DNA of 60,978 bases, filler included, from Sluysia triapertura (lineage: Eukaryota): NCBI GenBank assembly GCA_046118255.1. It is 5 parts of 5 records of this genome, joined end to end, with 100 filler letters (N's around TTAATTAATTAA, not from the genome) between each part and the next. Parts side by side here need not be neighbours in the genome. Positions count along the whole stretch, not along the records: positions 22,558 to 33,555 come from JBJNIA010190319.1; positions 33,656 to 50,065 come from JBJNIA010204373.1; 3 more parts are not named here. One strand, given 5' to 3'. Made by a program: the position numbers and the translations under genes. The notes under the pieces are model-generated. The model was not told where the DNA came from. It searched no databases and saw only the letters and a program-made list of their open reading frames with translations. Below are positions 26,089-39,876 of this stretch, piece after piece. Position 1 is the stretch's first letter. Each line of letters opens with the position of its first letter.

Positions 26089-27374
26089 AGTTGTACAAGT
26101 TAGTTTGATATACAAAAATGTGATTGCTGATGATTGACCATCATCAGTGTTGAAACATTAATGAAAATTGTAATGAGTAGTGTCAACACTGGTGGTGGTA
26201 GTAACAAGTTTTTACTGATTATAAAATCTGTACAATAATTAACTTAATAATTGATAATAATAATAAAAATAATAATATTGTTATTATTATTATTATTAAA
26301 AAGAAAATCAAAGATAATGCATAAACTTCTTTGAAAATAATATAACAAGATCTTTTCTTTTTTTTATATACTCCTTACATATAAAAAGTAAAAATAAAAT
26401 ATAAAAATTGACAAAACTGAGTGAAACAGCAACGATTACAGGGTGTACTATGCTCGAATTATCGTTGTTATTTCAATATATAAAATTGAATTCTTCAAAA
26501 CTGTATACAATTTTCTTTAATTTTCTTTAAAATGAATAAAAAATGTACTTTGGAATAAGCCTCTGAGCAATAATTGTTTTGGATGAATTGGTAAGTATAA
26601 TTAACCTATGAAGATATAATAATTGATTTGAGTCTTGAAATAAAATAAAGAATGTTAGAATAGGTTCTTCGATATTGATTGAAGTTCATATTTGAAAACA
26701 AAATTTATGTATTGAAATATCATGGGTAAAAGGCTTATTGAGAAGGTTGTAATTTAATGAATCTAAAAGAACAATTACAATACAACTATTGGTATATTAA
26801 AGATGTTATTATGCTATGTTTTGTGTAATTAAATTGTTTGATGTTTTTGGTGTTGTTGTACTGTGTTGACGATGATTATGCATAGATGAATAGTGCATTT
26901 ACCATGTTGTAATTGATTCAAAAATGTAAAGTAAATATTTTATGCGTTTGAGTAGATTTATTGGTGTTATAAAATGGTATTAAATATAATTGTGGTTTAT
27001 GTGTTTGTGGTTGTGATTTGGTTTAAGCAAATAAGCTATTGAATAAATGTTATTAAATATTAGGTATTAGTTGTTAAAGTGTAGTGTAAAATAAAGGGTT
27101 CGAAAGTATTGAATGGATTGTTTTTACTGTGTGTTGGATTATTGTGAATGTCGAGTAATGTTTCTGGTGGATTAGTTGATGTAAATTGTTAATGTTGATT
27201 ATAATTGTGGTTTAAATGTTGTGGAATTGAATATATGGTTGTTAGGTATGATGACAGCGAAAGGAAGAAAAAAAGGTATTAGTTTGTAATAAAATTTAGT
27301 GTTTATCAAGGTTGGCCACTACATTGTAAATTACATGATGTAATTAAAATCCTGTACGATACATTAGAATATAC

Positions 27375-27708
27375 CAGGGGTGGCTAACTGCGCCTCTTTG
27401 AAGGATTATTTGTGGCTCTCCATAAATGTATCCGAGTTTCCTTTTCAATTTTGTGTTATATTTTAAAAAATTATTATCATTCCGTTTGTGTTTCAAAATG
27501 TCTTTTAAATTACTGGCAACAAATATGAACGACTAATTGCAACGTTGCAACAAATTTTACATCATTCCAAGTTAAGAATGATATGAATCATCGAAAAAAA
27601 TTTTTAATACCTTTTTTACATATTTTTTTAAACGTATTTAATTGCGGCTCGCGAAAAAGTTCAAATTTTTGAAAATGACTTGGACTATAAGGAACTTTGC
27701 CAGCCGTG
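27375..27708. mobile_element. hAT-family MITE
   Basis: CAGGGGTGGCTAA...TTTGCCAGCCGTG termini with a perfect 8-bp TSD GAATATAC (27367-27374 and 27709-27716). Confidence 0.85.
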
Positions 27709-28520
27709 GAATATACTAAAAACTTTAGTGATGAATGAAGTAGCTGTTTTCTGAAGGTGCAAGAATAGATACTATTGATTTTTGGAGAAATCAAATGAGT
27801 TTGTATCAATGCACGTAATTGCTGCAATTTCTTTTGGACAAATAATAGAAAGGCAGCACCATTTATAATTCATAAATATTATGGTTCTGATTTTCTACAA
27901 GATCGTGTTTTATATGTCCTTTGATTGATGATAATGAAAGCAAATGTATTATTTGGAATTCTCGTCGGGTTCATATAGAAAAATAGAAACGTGAAAAAAT
28001 TCAATTGTATCAGTTGGTTTTAGTTTGAGTCATGATATTTATGGGAAAAAATTCCGTGATACTTCGTTCATTTCAAAACAAGAAGTCCAATTAAATAATG
28101 ATTCTAATCTTGATGACAATTGTGAGATCTGAAATTAAAAATAATAATATAAAATAACAATAATGAAATATTAATATAATAAAAATAATAAAAAATTCGC
28201 TTGCTCATTTAAATTAGGTATTTTTTGGTGATGTTATTTGGCAATATCCGTTATATAAGGAGGTATTTTTCACTAAAAAAGGATCTAATTTGTTTATAAA
28301 TCTTGAATATTATCTTGTAGTATTTGAATTTGGAATTATTGAAATACAAAAAAGTGTTTCTTTGGAATGTAGGACTATGATTATTGAGGCCGTTGAATAC
28401 TATTTAATTTGGATATTGAATTTTTAACATTAAACAATAATAGGTAAGTACAATATCGTAAAAAATCAATTGTAATTTTGAAATTAACAAAATAAATTTT
28501 TTCAAGTGTTTTAGTATTTT

Positions 28521-28670
28521 TATTGTAATTCATTGTAATCCATTGTAATTCATTGTAATCCATTGTAATTCATTGTAATCCATTGTAATTCATTGTAATT
28601 CATTGTAATTCATTGTAATTCATTGTAATCCATTGTAATTCATTGTAATCCATTGTAATCCATTGTAATT
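28521..28670. repeat. 10-bp minisatellite (CATTGTAATY) x15
   Basis: Direct tandem repeat with no spacers. Confidence 0.95.
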
Positions 28671-29863
28671 CCTAATAAGACTGGAAAAAAATTCAAAATT
28701 TTATTCACACTTCCGTCTCTAACATCAGAATCACAATTTTACAAATAAAGACTGTTTTTATTAAGGTTTTAAAGCCATTTGATAATAGTTAAATAGTGAG
28801 ACATTTTACGAGAATTAAAAATAAAAGTTTTATAAAGTTTATATTAGACTAAAACTGTAGCCATGGAACAGGGTTAAATTATCCCAAATGAGGTAAACTT
28901 GAAATTTTTGAGATAATAAAATTACTAAAATCATGTTAGGAGAGTGGAGATAACAGCTTCCAGATCATAGGACTAAAGTTTACAAATAATTTTAAAGTGA
29001 GTTAGAATCATAAATTAATAGTAAAGATAGACCAAATTTAAAATTCGTAAGTGCATTTTTAAAACAAAATAATAATCAAAGTAATATTAATAAGTTTATC
29101 ATACTTATTAAGAATTTAGTGAGCTGGTTATTAGTGTCATTTGGACGATTATCGAAAAATGGAAACATCACTTACACTTAACACATTTTGAGGACTGATG
29201 AGAGAAATCTATGTTTTTTGTAATTTCATAAAATATCGAACAATAAATTAGAATTACAAGTGAATAAAGTATGAAGATGTGAAAATTCCGAATGTATAAA
29301 AATATATTTAATATTAGTATATTAGTATATGAGTATAAAATGTGAAAGTGGCAGTACTCTAAGAAAATAGTTAATGAAAAGCGTGAAGATATTGAATAAA
29401 TTTTTAAAATAGAAGACTTAAATCAAGGAAAAAATATATCACAGAAAAATTAATAGAATTTAATTTAAGAAGTGATGATATAGCTTAAGAATGTGATAAA
29501 ACAGGAACACAAATACAGAAAAATGGAAGAACCAAATAAAACAATAGAAATAATTCATTCACTTTTCATCCTCTAGCAAAAAATATGTAATGAAGGACAA
29601 AAAAAATTATTTGATGATAAAATCAGTTACAAAAGGAAAGCCTCGGTATCAAATTTTCTGATATCGAATATATCTTGAATGTAATTTTTATCAAATTGAC
29701 TTTCACAATTATTTAGTATCGTAAAGATATTTTGACTATTGTTAATTTTGTATTTGATTTCAGTGATTAAGTTTTTGAAAGTTGAAATTAATTTTTATCT
29801 AACAAAGTTGTCACTTACAAATTTCGATATTTCGTTAAAATGTTTGATATCTCATATTTTTAG

Positions 29864-30280
29864 ATATACGATAATGCTGGTATGGAAGTAATGCATTTCG
29901 AGCGGCCGCTTAGATGCAATGCCCAATGTATACCTTTTTGTTGCTGTCCACTTGAAATCAAGGCTTTTGCACCACCAGGTCACTATATTGGACGAGCGGT
30001 TCAACGTTGTTCATGCGCAGGGCCTCGATTTGAAATACGCGACAGTAACGATAAACCACAATTACGAGTAGCAGGATCTTGCTGTACTTTTGCTAAATGT
30101 TGTAATGTTCATTTTCGAGTTTATCCTATGGATAGTAGTATACAAATCGGAGTTATTACTAAACAATGGAGTGGCTTTGTTAAAGAAACTTTGACTGATG
30201 CTGACAATTTTGGAGTATCATTTCCAATGGATTTGGAAGTGAGAATGAAAGCGTTGTGTCTTGCTCTTTGTATTTTAATA
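29864..30280 (+). CDS. PLSCR: Phospholipid scramblase, penultimate exon
   Basis: TTTTAG acceptor, IYDNAGMEVMHFERPLRC...IGVITKQWSGFVKETLTDADNFGVSFPMDLEVRMKALCLALCILI, GTTAGT donor. The DADNFG.SFP.DL motif is diagnostic of scramblases. Confidence 0.93.
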
Positions 30281-31400
30281 GTTAGTCATTGATTGTTATA
30301 GCTTATTTAATTAATAATAATATTTTATATTGTAGATATTTCTAAATGTTTGGTTTTAGTTTTTCGATATTAAAATTAATTATGAAGGTACAAAAATTTT
30401 TATTTTATACATTAATTTTCTAAGTATCTAAATCTGGAGCAGCAAGCTTAATTATTCACTTGCTCAAAGTATTCAGTAGATATGGAAATTATAGCTTATA
30501 GTGAGAAGTTTCAAACTAATTTATCACAAAATGGAACATTCTGATTGATAATTCACTATTTTTATTAACATATCTACTTCAGGCAAATTTGTTGCAATAA
30601 GAAATTTGTAAATTTATTATAAATAAAGTTAAGAAGTTTTTCTTGGACTGTCAAATTTAATTGCTTAGATAGCCGGTGATTAATCCTGATTTATAAATTG
30701 ACAACTTGATAATGACTGGCCTGAAAGCAAAATCCTTATCCTAACTGTGTCAGTTTGTTTAGATAAATTTAAGAATAAAATGTCTGCGAAACAATATGAA
30801 GCAGACTGTATAAAGTAATTTAAAAACAAAGAAAGACTTCATAAATAATTTGTGATGTAGTACGTATTGCAGAAAAGTATTGTTATTATTTATTATTATT
30901 TTTCATTTGTCGTTCGTTAAGTTAGAAAATTTAAATGACTTTAGATAGAAATCTTTGTAATGTAGTTAGTCTTGTCTAATAATGTAGATTTTTAAAACCT
31001 GATGTTAGTAAATTTTAAAGAAAATTCATATTATATTTAACAAATTTTTATATTTAACAAAATTTTATTGACTATCCGAGAAAATTGGAAATAGATTAAT
31101 GAATAATTATTTTTAATAAACTTGTTCCGAAATTATAATGCATAAAATATTGGAAATAAATGAGCTGTCTTGGCTGACGTCCACCTTTTGTATTTCAATA
31201 TAGGTGTGCTCAGTAAGATCTTATTTTCGAATAGAAAAAAATATGTTCCTTAAATTTTCTACGTGAGCTGACATTATTATAAACAAAATAAGGTAAGTAA
31301 CCGTACATAATCATGAATTATGCTTAAATTTTTCACTTTTGAATTACGAGCATTAATGTATGTATAACAATATAATACCAAAATTATTAATTTTTTTCAG

Positions 31401-31430
31401 GATTTTATGTTCTTCGAAGAAAAGTCATAA
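31401..31430 (+). CDS. PLSCR: Phospholipid scramblase, terminal exon (DFMFFEEKS*)
   Basis: TTTTTCAG acceptor. Completes the conserved LIDFMFFE C-terminal motif. Confidence 0.9.
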   Translation, partial: DFMFFEEKS

Positions 31431-33211
31431 TTAATATTGAATTAATCAGGAAAGAGGTTTTCACTTTTTTCAATTATAACTTGTTTTGTTTATACTAACA
31501 TTTTGGTGCCAATGATAAACACAGTAAAGAGCATAACATATATATTATAAATACATTTTTATTAATTTCAAAGTAGTTTTATTCGTTTAAATTCGAAATA
31601 AACTATTGGTATCAAGGTAGTAGTATGAAATATATTCTTGCGATATTTTTATTTATATTTAATATATTTTATATCTAATTTTATAAAATTGTCAAAGAAA
31701 ACAATTATTCCATCAAATATATAAAAGATTTTGAAATATAATGAAAATAATTAATTTAAACATTTAATCAAAATTTAATTCTGTATTATTCCTTTATACA
31801 TTATTTTTATTTGTAGTGTTATTCGAAATATATTGTTGTTTATTTATAAATTTATTTATATCTACTGAAGAAATTAAGAATTGACAATAACTAATGAAAA
31901 TTCACTTTAATATTCATGGCAATTTAATTTTCAAAGAAAGAGAGGTTCTAATTTTGTGTTTACTTTTTCATTCACAATTTATTCAAACAATTAAAACAAT
32001 ACACACAGATTATTTTTGTAATAAAAATTAATTTTTCCTAATTTTCTTTTTAGTAATTAAATTTTTAATGTTACTTATTTCGTTTTATTACTTTTATTGT
32101 TAATACTATGATTACGTTTTTCTTTATAATATGAGTGATTTTCCTTATGTGAATCTCTGTGGATGTTAGTGACGAACTTGTCTCTGATGGCAGAGATGGA
32201 AATAATAATAATTCAAAGGTTCAGTTCACAATGTACACAAAATTTAAACTCACTTAAAGCACCCTAAAATTATTTGTCTTTAAAATCACTTTAAACGTAT
32301 TTATTTTACAAAAAAAAGAAAATTCCTTACAAAAAATAGAAAAGAAGTTTCTGGAATGTTTTAAAACATTCTAGAAATCTACTATCTTATGATTGGCTGT
32401 GGATTTATATAAATTCCCATTTCTAAACTTAAAGAAATTTTATTCGTAGTAGTCATTTGGTCAATTGCTTTGTTAGACCACTTTTAAAATTCAAAGTTTC
32501 TAGTCAATCCAATCGACGTTTTAGCAATTCAATCAAGTTTTACTTATCGTTCCAGTTTTTTCATGCAAGGGTAAAATATTGTAATGCAAGGGAATTTTGA
32601 TTTTAATAATCAGAATTTGAAAATACATTTAAAATCTAAATCTTATTATTTTGTTGCAAGGACCCCGATATACTGAAAGGAAATTTTCAACTCAAAATTT
32701 AAAGAGAATTGATTAAAGATCTCACTACGATTTTAATCATAAATTAATGTTCAATTTTTTGTTTTTTTAGTTTTAAGTAATTTTAATTATCGTATTTAAT
32801 ACCCTCATTGTTTGTTACATTTTTTATTGTGTCAAGAGATAAAATTATATAAGACCCTCTTAGCATTTACTAAGTTATAGATTTATTAATCGTGTTTTTT
32901 CGAATAAATATAGTAAGATTATTAACTTTAAGTTACAGGAACACCAACTATGAGTTGTAAAACGTTTACTGAACCGGTTTTATTTTGCCGTAGGTTTAGA
33001 TTTAAGAAAAACGTAACTGTAACTGAAAATGGTATAATATTAAAATTATCCAAATTAAAATAAAATCAGTTATTTATGTTATTTTAATAAAATAATAAAT
33101 AAATAAATAAAAATTAAAAACTTTACTCTATGCATGGATTTTCATATCTATCATCATTGTCATTGTTGTTGTCTTGTTATTGTGTTGTAAAAATTTTGAC
33201 TCTCTTATCAT

Positions 33212-33555
33212 CCAATCAATTCACAATCTCACAACCAAACATTCTCTCACACAAATGATCCAACTTCTTTGAGAATCAGACCGACAATAACAACTTTGAC
33301 AAGTTCATGGTACGATCTGTCAAACTTTATTAGGCACAAAACATAGAAATCTGATTTATTATCAACCATCATATCCTTTTACTTTACTCAATCTATTTTT
33401 ACTTAAATCACTTCTCACATTAAAATAACAATCAACAGTACTGTTAACATACATAAAAATAATGAATTTAATTTCACGTTCTATTATTTAATTAATTTTC
33501 TATTTTTCACACCCAATTTTCTAATGAAAAATGTTTTAAGCTTCTTATTCTCAAA
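33212..33555. repeat. Interspersed C/A-rich repeat, same family as 6786-7060
   Basis: Multiple long shared words with 6786-7060. Confidence 0.75.
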
Positions 33556-33655
33556 NNNNNNNNNNNNNNNNNNNNNNNNNNNNNNNNNNNNNNNNNNNNT
33601 TAATTAATTAANNNNNNNNNNNNNNNNNNNNNNNNNNNNNNNNNNNNNNNNNNNN
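33556..33655. other. Artificial contig linker
   Basis: N44-TTAATTAATTAA-N44. Confidence 0.95.
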
Positions 33656-34219
33656 TAATATATTGTGTTAGGTACTTTTTGTTAAATTTGTTACTAATTG
33701 TTAATTCGGGCATTAAGCCCTTTTCGTTAATGTCTAAATTTATTAATAGTCAATTTTTAAACTTTCTTAAAAAGAAAAAAAATAAAATTTTTAATAATAA
33801 TTTAAACAATAAAATATTTCCCACAGCTCTTCAATAATTTTTTCATAATACTTGTTTCAATTAATTATACTCGAAATTAAATAATTAATGGTTATGCAGT
33901 TTTGTTTTATATTAAATAGATTATCACGATTGAATGCTATTTTAAACTGAATTCGTCTATGTGTAATAGTGGGTGCGTTGAATGTGCTTGATGTGTGTAT
34001 TGTGGTTATGATCTTATCGTTTAGGAGTTTAAGTTTACCGTTGTTATTTTTGTTACACGTACTGTTACAACGGCTTTGATCTACATAACTATAATTATGA
34101 CAAAATCGGTGCTTAAGGCACTCGAAAATTTCTTTAATAAGAACAATATTTGAATAAGAATAACATGAAAAAATTGTATTATACGCACATAAAAAAGATT
34201 GATAAAGATTGTTGACACA

Positions 34220-35026
34220 TCAAAAAATTGAACAAGTATAATAGTAAAAACTTACATTCACTATCAACCGCAAGACTAAGTTTCTACTCTTTCCGACATT
34301 TTGAACAGCAAAATTTATCTCACCAGGCTCAAACATGATAAAAACTTCATACCAAAGATATACAACAACGTAGGTAGAACAGATTTTAAAATTATTTAAA
34401 ATTTCAGGTCGATCTAAACAATTATAATTATGCATTGTACCTAAACTTCCAACCTTAAGGTGAGCCTCAATTTGGAATTCGCAAGGGAATCTTGCATATA
34501 CATGACAAAGCATAAAAATAAGAGAATCATCTCAAAAATCTAGTTTGACGTGAAAATACATCATACGAGTAAATTTTTCATGGCAGTAATGCATCATACT
34601 CTCAACATACACGACATAAACAAACATACTTCGGTGAGGATCATATGTAAATTTCAAAATAAAAATCAAAAAATAAAAAATCGAGCAAAATTTTAAAATT
34701 CTTAAACCTTCGAACTCGCTCTTGGTACTAAGCAAACGATATTCCCGTCTAAGTCGGTTATTGGTGGGAAAATGGATTACAAAACTAAAATAAATAATGT
34801 TACACCTTCTATGAACTTTAAAAACTATGTAACGTGAGCTTTTCTTTAGAATAGGGATACCATCGCTCAGTACCAAGTGCTGAAGTAACTTCAATTCAAT
34901 CCAAAATTGTATAGCAATATTAAAATGCGATAATTTCAATATGGTATGAATAAAAGTTGCTATCCGGATGTGACCTGTAGCATTTTCGGCTGATACTGCA
35001 ACGATTTCTAAAGTCTCTTTAGTCAT
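34220..35026 (-). pseudogene. Intronless frame of about 268 codons with one internal stop, unknown product
   Basis: ORFs 34532-35026 and 34220-34513 are in the same frame, separated by a single TGA. Confidence 0.45.
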
Positions 35027-36179
35027 CCTATGTTTATCGTAGTTTCAAATATCTTAGACAATATTTGTCAATTTCTAAATCGGACACCTGCTTTTTTTAA
35101 TTTTAGTTTGTCTTTATATACACATTATTGTACGTATAATTACTATTTTATTACTTTTTTGCAGAAATTATTATTATTTTATTATCATAAAAGTTGTTAA
35201 TTAAAGAAACAAGAATGAAATTGACAATAATTATAGAGTACAATAATTAAAACTGTACTTGTTAATTATTTGCATTTGTATGTGTGATACTTCAATGAAA
35301 TGTTTCAATAAAAATAGAAAAGAGAAAAACTTCATTAAAATTTTAACTTCCCAAAGTTTAATATTCCATTTGTTAATTAATTTAATTATAATGATTTAAT
35401 TATAGATAACGAATTACAATGGTGAAACACGTTGACATATATAACGTAATATAATCAATTTTAATTAATTTTATTCTTGATAAAATTAAATTTTTATGTG
35501 TTATCATACTTCGTAAAAATATCTACACTAATTAATGCTCACTAAGAAATCATTTTATAAATTATTATTGAAATTAACATTTGACGTACTATTAATAAGT
35601 TATCCATTATATCAAAAGTTATTATTGGAGATAAGTTTTATACTTTATCAAATTTATATTCAATTTAAATTAATGTATTTCGTAACAAAACATTGTTATA
35701 ATCATTATGTTAAATTTTACTAAAGTGTAACAACTCTGAATAATTGCTGGGTAACAATATGATAAATATTCGACGGAAATTATTGTTGATTATTAAAATT
35801 GGCCGGCACAAAACCGACTCTAAGGAATAATCATGCGCTGTCGATTTCATTGCAATTATCTAAACACTATAGAAACAATCACATTTTTGATATAACACAA
35901 CGAAAATGATATGAAGTTGTGTTGTAAGAAGAATATTTCAATACATTACTAATTAAATCTTGTATTCTTTTAGCAACTAAACTTTGTTTTTGATTAATTA
36001 ATTTTATTGTATTTGTCACTCTATTGTTAATTGGATAATAACATTTATATATACTGTGTCACCCTGGAATTGAGTAATATATTAATTTTTTAATTACAAA
36101 ATTGATTTATTTTAATTATAATTGATTATTGTATAACATATAGTAATAGTAATAATAATAATTCAATAAATAAAAATAA

Positions 36180-36247
<68 letters not shown>

Positions 36248-36829
36248 TTTAAATGAAATATAACACAAATAATATGTATATGTTAACATTTACGATATTA
36301 TATAGTATATATTGTTTATATGATAGTAGCGCTAATAAGGATAGAAAATAGTACGATAGTATTTATGTAATAGTATAATAGTTACGCATATCGTAGAATA
36401 AAATTGGCTTTAAATCAAAATTAAGCATAGAAAAAAAAGGATTATGGAAAAATCATTATAGAAAACATATAAATAAACTATTGGCTTTAATTTGGTCGCA
36501 GTAGAAACTACTATATAATGAAACTCTTTTTACACCATAACATAAAACTGAAAATATTAGAATGTTCTAGGACAAGTAAAAGATAGATCTTTAATAATAA
36601 TAGTAATAATGTATTTTATGGTTTTAAGGGCATTATGAATGTTTTTCTGTAAAATTTAAGATACAAGAACATTTTGAAGATTTCAAGGTAAATATAGTCG
36701 AATTCTGAATGAAATAAAGTTTGATTTTAAGCAAGTGATAAATTTGAGACCATTTAAAATATTGGCAAGAGCACCTAATGATTTAAATGTATTAGTGAAT
36801 GTTTTAAATATATTATTAAAATTCATAAA

Positions 36830-36888
<59 letters not shown>

Positions 36889-37244
36889 ATTTTCTTTACA
36901 GATTATAATTTAATTACATATTAATGTCTTGTTATAATTTGCATTCGAAGCAAATTTCATTTCGTCATAATAAATCAATAATTTAAGTAAATGTAATTCC
37001 ATCATTACTTTTTTAATATCAAGTTTTGTCTATTTAAATAAAAGTTTCACGATCCGGCTTTTCTTCAGCAACACTCTTTAAACTTTAATAAATATGAAAT
37101 TAATTAAATTATAGTTTAATTAATTATAAATTTAAGTAGTTATGTTTTGCTAATTTTTAGTAATTCAATTAGAATGATGTTCTTAATTGAAAAGATAAAA
37201 TTACGATAAAAATAACCATTTTTTAGCAAAAATTTTGAGTATAT

Positions 37245-39000
37245 TGTAGTGGTCAACTTTTATAAATTAAGATTAAAATAAATCTCACTAAAAAAATAAC
37301 AGCTATACTCTGTAACCATAAACATTACACATTTAATCTCACAAAACAATAATTCACAATCATAATACCTCACCAACTTATATCCAACAACAAATCAATC
37401 TATATCTCAAACATCTCCAACTCAATAAACTATTACATCCAGCCCAAACAATTTATAACATTCACTCACCAAACAAGCCATAATCACAACATAAACCTCA
37501 TAAATCACAAACACAACAACACTCAAATAATGCTAATAAACATTTCAGAAACATAGATCATCTCACCTAAAACTATAATCAACAACAACGGTCTAAACCC
37601 ACTTCACACAACCATACTCATCATCCTCAATCATTTGTAACAACATTATAATATATAAATTTATGTCGCAATCATCACTTAAAATCAAATTAACTTCAAC
37701 CTTTTTAACAAGCATTTTAAACTTAAACCTTTTAATAAACATTTCAAATCTAATGTATAGACCTTGTTTTCAATTTACAAAATTTCAATTAATTTCAACA
37801 AATTATCTTTAACACTTTCCATTTCACTTAACCATAACCATTACACAATTTTCAAAGACATCTTAAATAACTTTAAAGAAATTCGTTATAACACTGTGAA
37901 GCAGCAACCACAAACGATACACCATGTATACCTTATCACTATTGCTCCTTCACAGTTTGTCAGTTGGTTTTGTACCTTTTTCTTCACTTTTAGTTTATAT
38001 GTAAGAAAATCATAAGATAAAGAATAGAAAGATCATGTTATCGACAGATTAAAGACTTTTATGCATATTTATTAGTTTTATAATTATTATAATTCTTTTT
38101 ATTATTATTATTATAATCATCATTATCAGTAGTATTTTTATCATTATCATTGTCATTGTTAGTATCATTTTATCATTGTAACAAATTAAAATTTTGGTCA
38201 CCGCCACCATCAGTAGTGACACTTCATTCACTACTGATGATGGTTAATTAACTAGATTAATACATTAACAAAAAAGGTGACATACATCGCCCAATCAGAT
38301 TATTTCTACTCTAACATTGTAACAGCGAATCTGATTGGGCAGACGAGACAAAATCAAATTAGAAGCAGACAATCACAATTATTTTGGCAACAAAAATTTT
38401 CAATATTAACATTGGAGCTAAAAATAGTACAAGATTATTCGTTTGTATATGAATTTCAATTAGCAAGATTTTGGTAGCTTTTTCATAATTAATTTTTACT
38501 GATGCAAGTTTATCAGCAGATTAGTGGCGAACTTAAAAGACAATTTGTTAGATTTTTACATTTAGCATCAATGATGAAACCATCTAATTCATTACAATGT
38601 ATATTATCTAAATCACCAGGCTATCATACCCCATAGTCTTTTGTTTTTAGATTTGGATTGTAAAATTTGGTAATTGATATTTTAAAAAATTCTGTTAAAA
38701 GTAAAATGATATTACGTGATTTTTATGCTTTTAAAGATATTATAATATTATGTTAATTAAAGATTTACGGATCCAAGTTTTATAAAACATGTTTTTAAAG
38801 TTACTTATAATGTTACACTAATTAAAGACATTTTGTATAATTTACTAGAACTAAATGTGTGAAATAATCTTTTAAAGGGTGTGATAGATACTAATAATAT
38901 TGTTTTAATTAAAGATATTTTACATAATTTGTTAGATCTAAGTGTACTAAAGAACGTTATGAAAGATTTTAAAAATATTTGCATTCTTTTGCTAAACAAA
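37245..39000 (-). mobile_element. Giant LTR-like unit, copy D
   Basis: On the plus strand: TGTAGTGGTCAAC (37245), C/A-rich tract, TTTATATGTAAG (37994), AAAGATCATGT (38028), TTATGCAT, CCAAT hairpin at 38289-38340, then decayed coding-like sequence. The far end is uncertain. Confidence 0.65.
38289..38340. promoter_or_regulatory. Inverted CCAAT-box pair / hairpin
   Basis: Perfect 13-bp inverted repeat GCCCAATCAGATT / AATCTGATTGGGC. Confidence 0.65.
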
Positions 39001-39667
39001 CATATTTTAGACTTAAGTGCGACAACCCTATTAGATATCCACAGGATATGAATAACTATCTAGTGAAAACATGCTGCTTTAACCAAAAATATGTAATTGT
39101 GACATTTTCGAAATTTTACGTTTATGAGCTACAGGTTTAATTATAATTTTAATACTTGTTTCTTTCTTATTTGAATACTCAACATCACGAACTGCGACTT
39201 ACGTTTTCTAAAGTTTTTAACGACCTTAAGTCGAATAGTAATAATTTTATTTCAAGACCTTAAGTTCTTTTCATTTCGAAGTGACTTAAGTGTCATCCTC
39301 ACTTAAATTAAAAGTTTTAATAAAATTAAAGCACTAGATTAAGGATAAAGGAGGGTTGTATTATAGTTAAAATGGGTCCCCGTTCGTAGGACATTAAAAA
39401 AATAAAGCAATGTGCTTAAACGGTTATTAAATGTGCATCCTCAAGAAACTTAACAGAAAATAAAACATTACGTATTACCTGATCAGTATTCATTTTTCAA
39501 ATAAGTTTTAGGTAGTTTTTTAATTATCAGGTCTTAGATCAGTTCAAACTAATTTAAAACTATGATAACTTCAAAAAAACATTTAAAAAATTTGGGAAGA
39601 TTCCCCTGGACCAAGTGACTTTATACTCAACCATAAACATATTTAAAATAAATCGATAATTTCTAAC

Positions 39668-39876
39668 CGGTAGTGGTCCTAGATCAAAAAGGAGGTCGTC
39701 ACGACTAGAAGAACGATTTATATGATTAGGTGCTGGTGTTGGTGAAATAGCACTTTTAGTTCGACAGTGCTTAATACGAGGATCTTCCCATGTAGTAGTT
39801 TTGTCGTTATGATTGATAAAAAACCGTCTACCTATTTGTGTCACAGCCATTTGCCAGCCTGGTGGTAATTCTTCTT
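39668..39876 (-). CDS. NEDD4: NEDD4-family E3 ligase exon (WW domain and start of the next WW)
   Basis: TAATCAG acceptor, [33 protein letters not shown]...DLGPLP, GTTAGA donor. Confidence 0.88.

Larger units (their letters stand above)
24060..27323 (+). mobile_element. Giant LTR-like unit, copy C, with antisense cargo
   Basis: CCAAT hairpin at 26030-26088, ACAAGATCTTT at 26345, CTTACATATAAAAAG TATA block at about 26374-26388, G/T-rich tract, then AATAAA and GTTGGCCACTACA (27323). The left end was not identified. Confidence 0.65.

Noticed and set aside
22558-27323. Copies B and C as the two LTRs of one element
   Set aside because: They share only short motifs, B has no PBS after it, and no gag-pol lies between them.
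28521-28670. CRISPR-like array
   Set aside because: It is a simple 10-bp tandem repeat without spacers in eukaryotic DNA.
32160-32700. Possible additional solo LTR (TTCTGGAATG...CATTCTAGAA, GATTGG, TATATAAA)
   Set aside because: No termini, TSD or second copy could be established.
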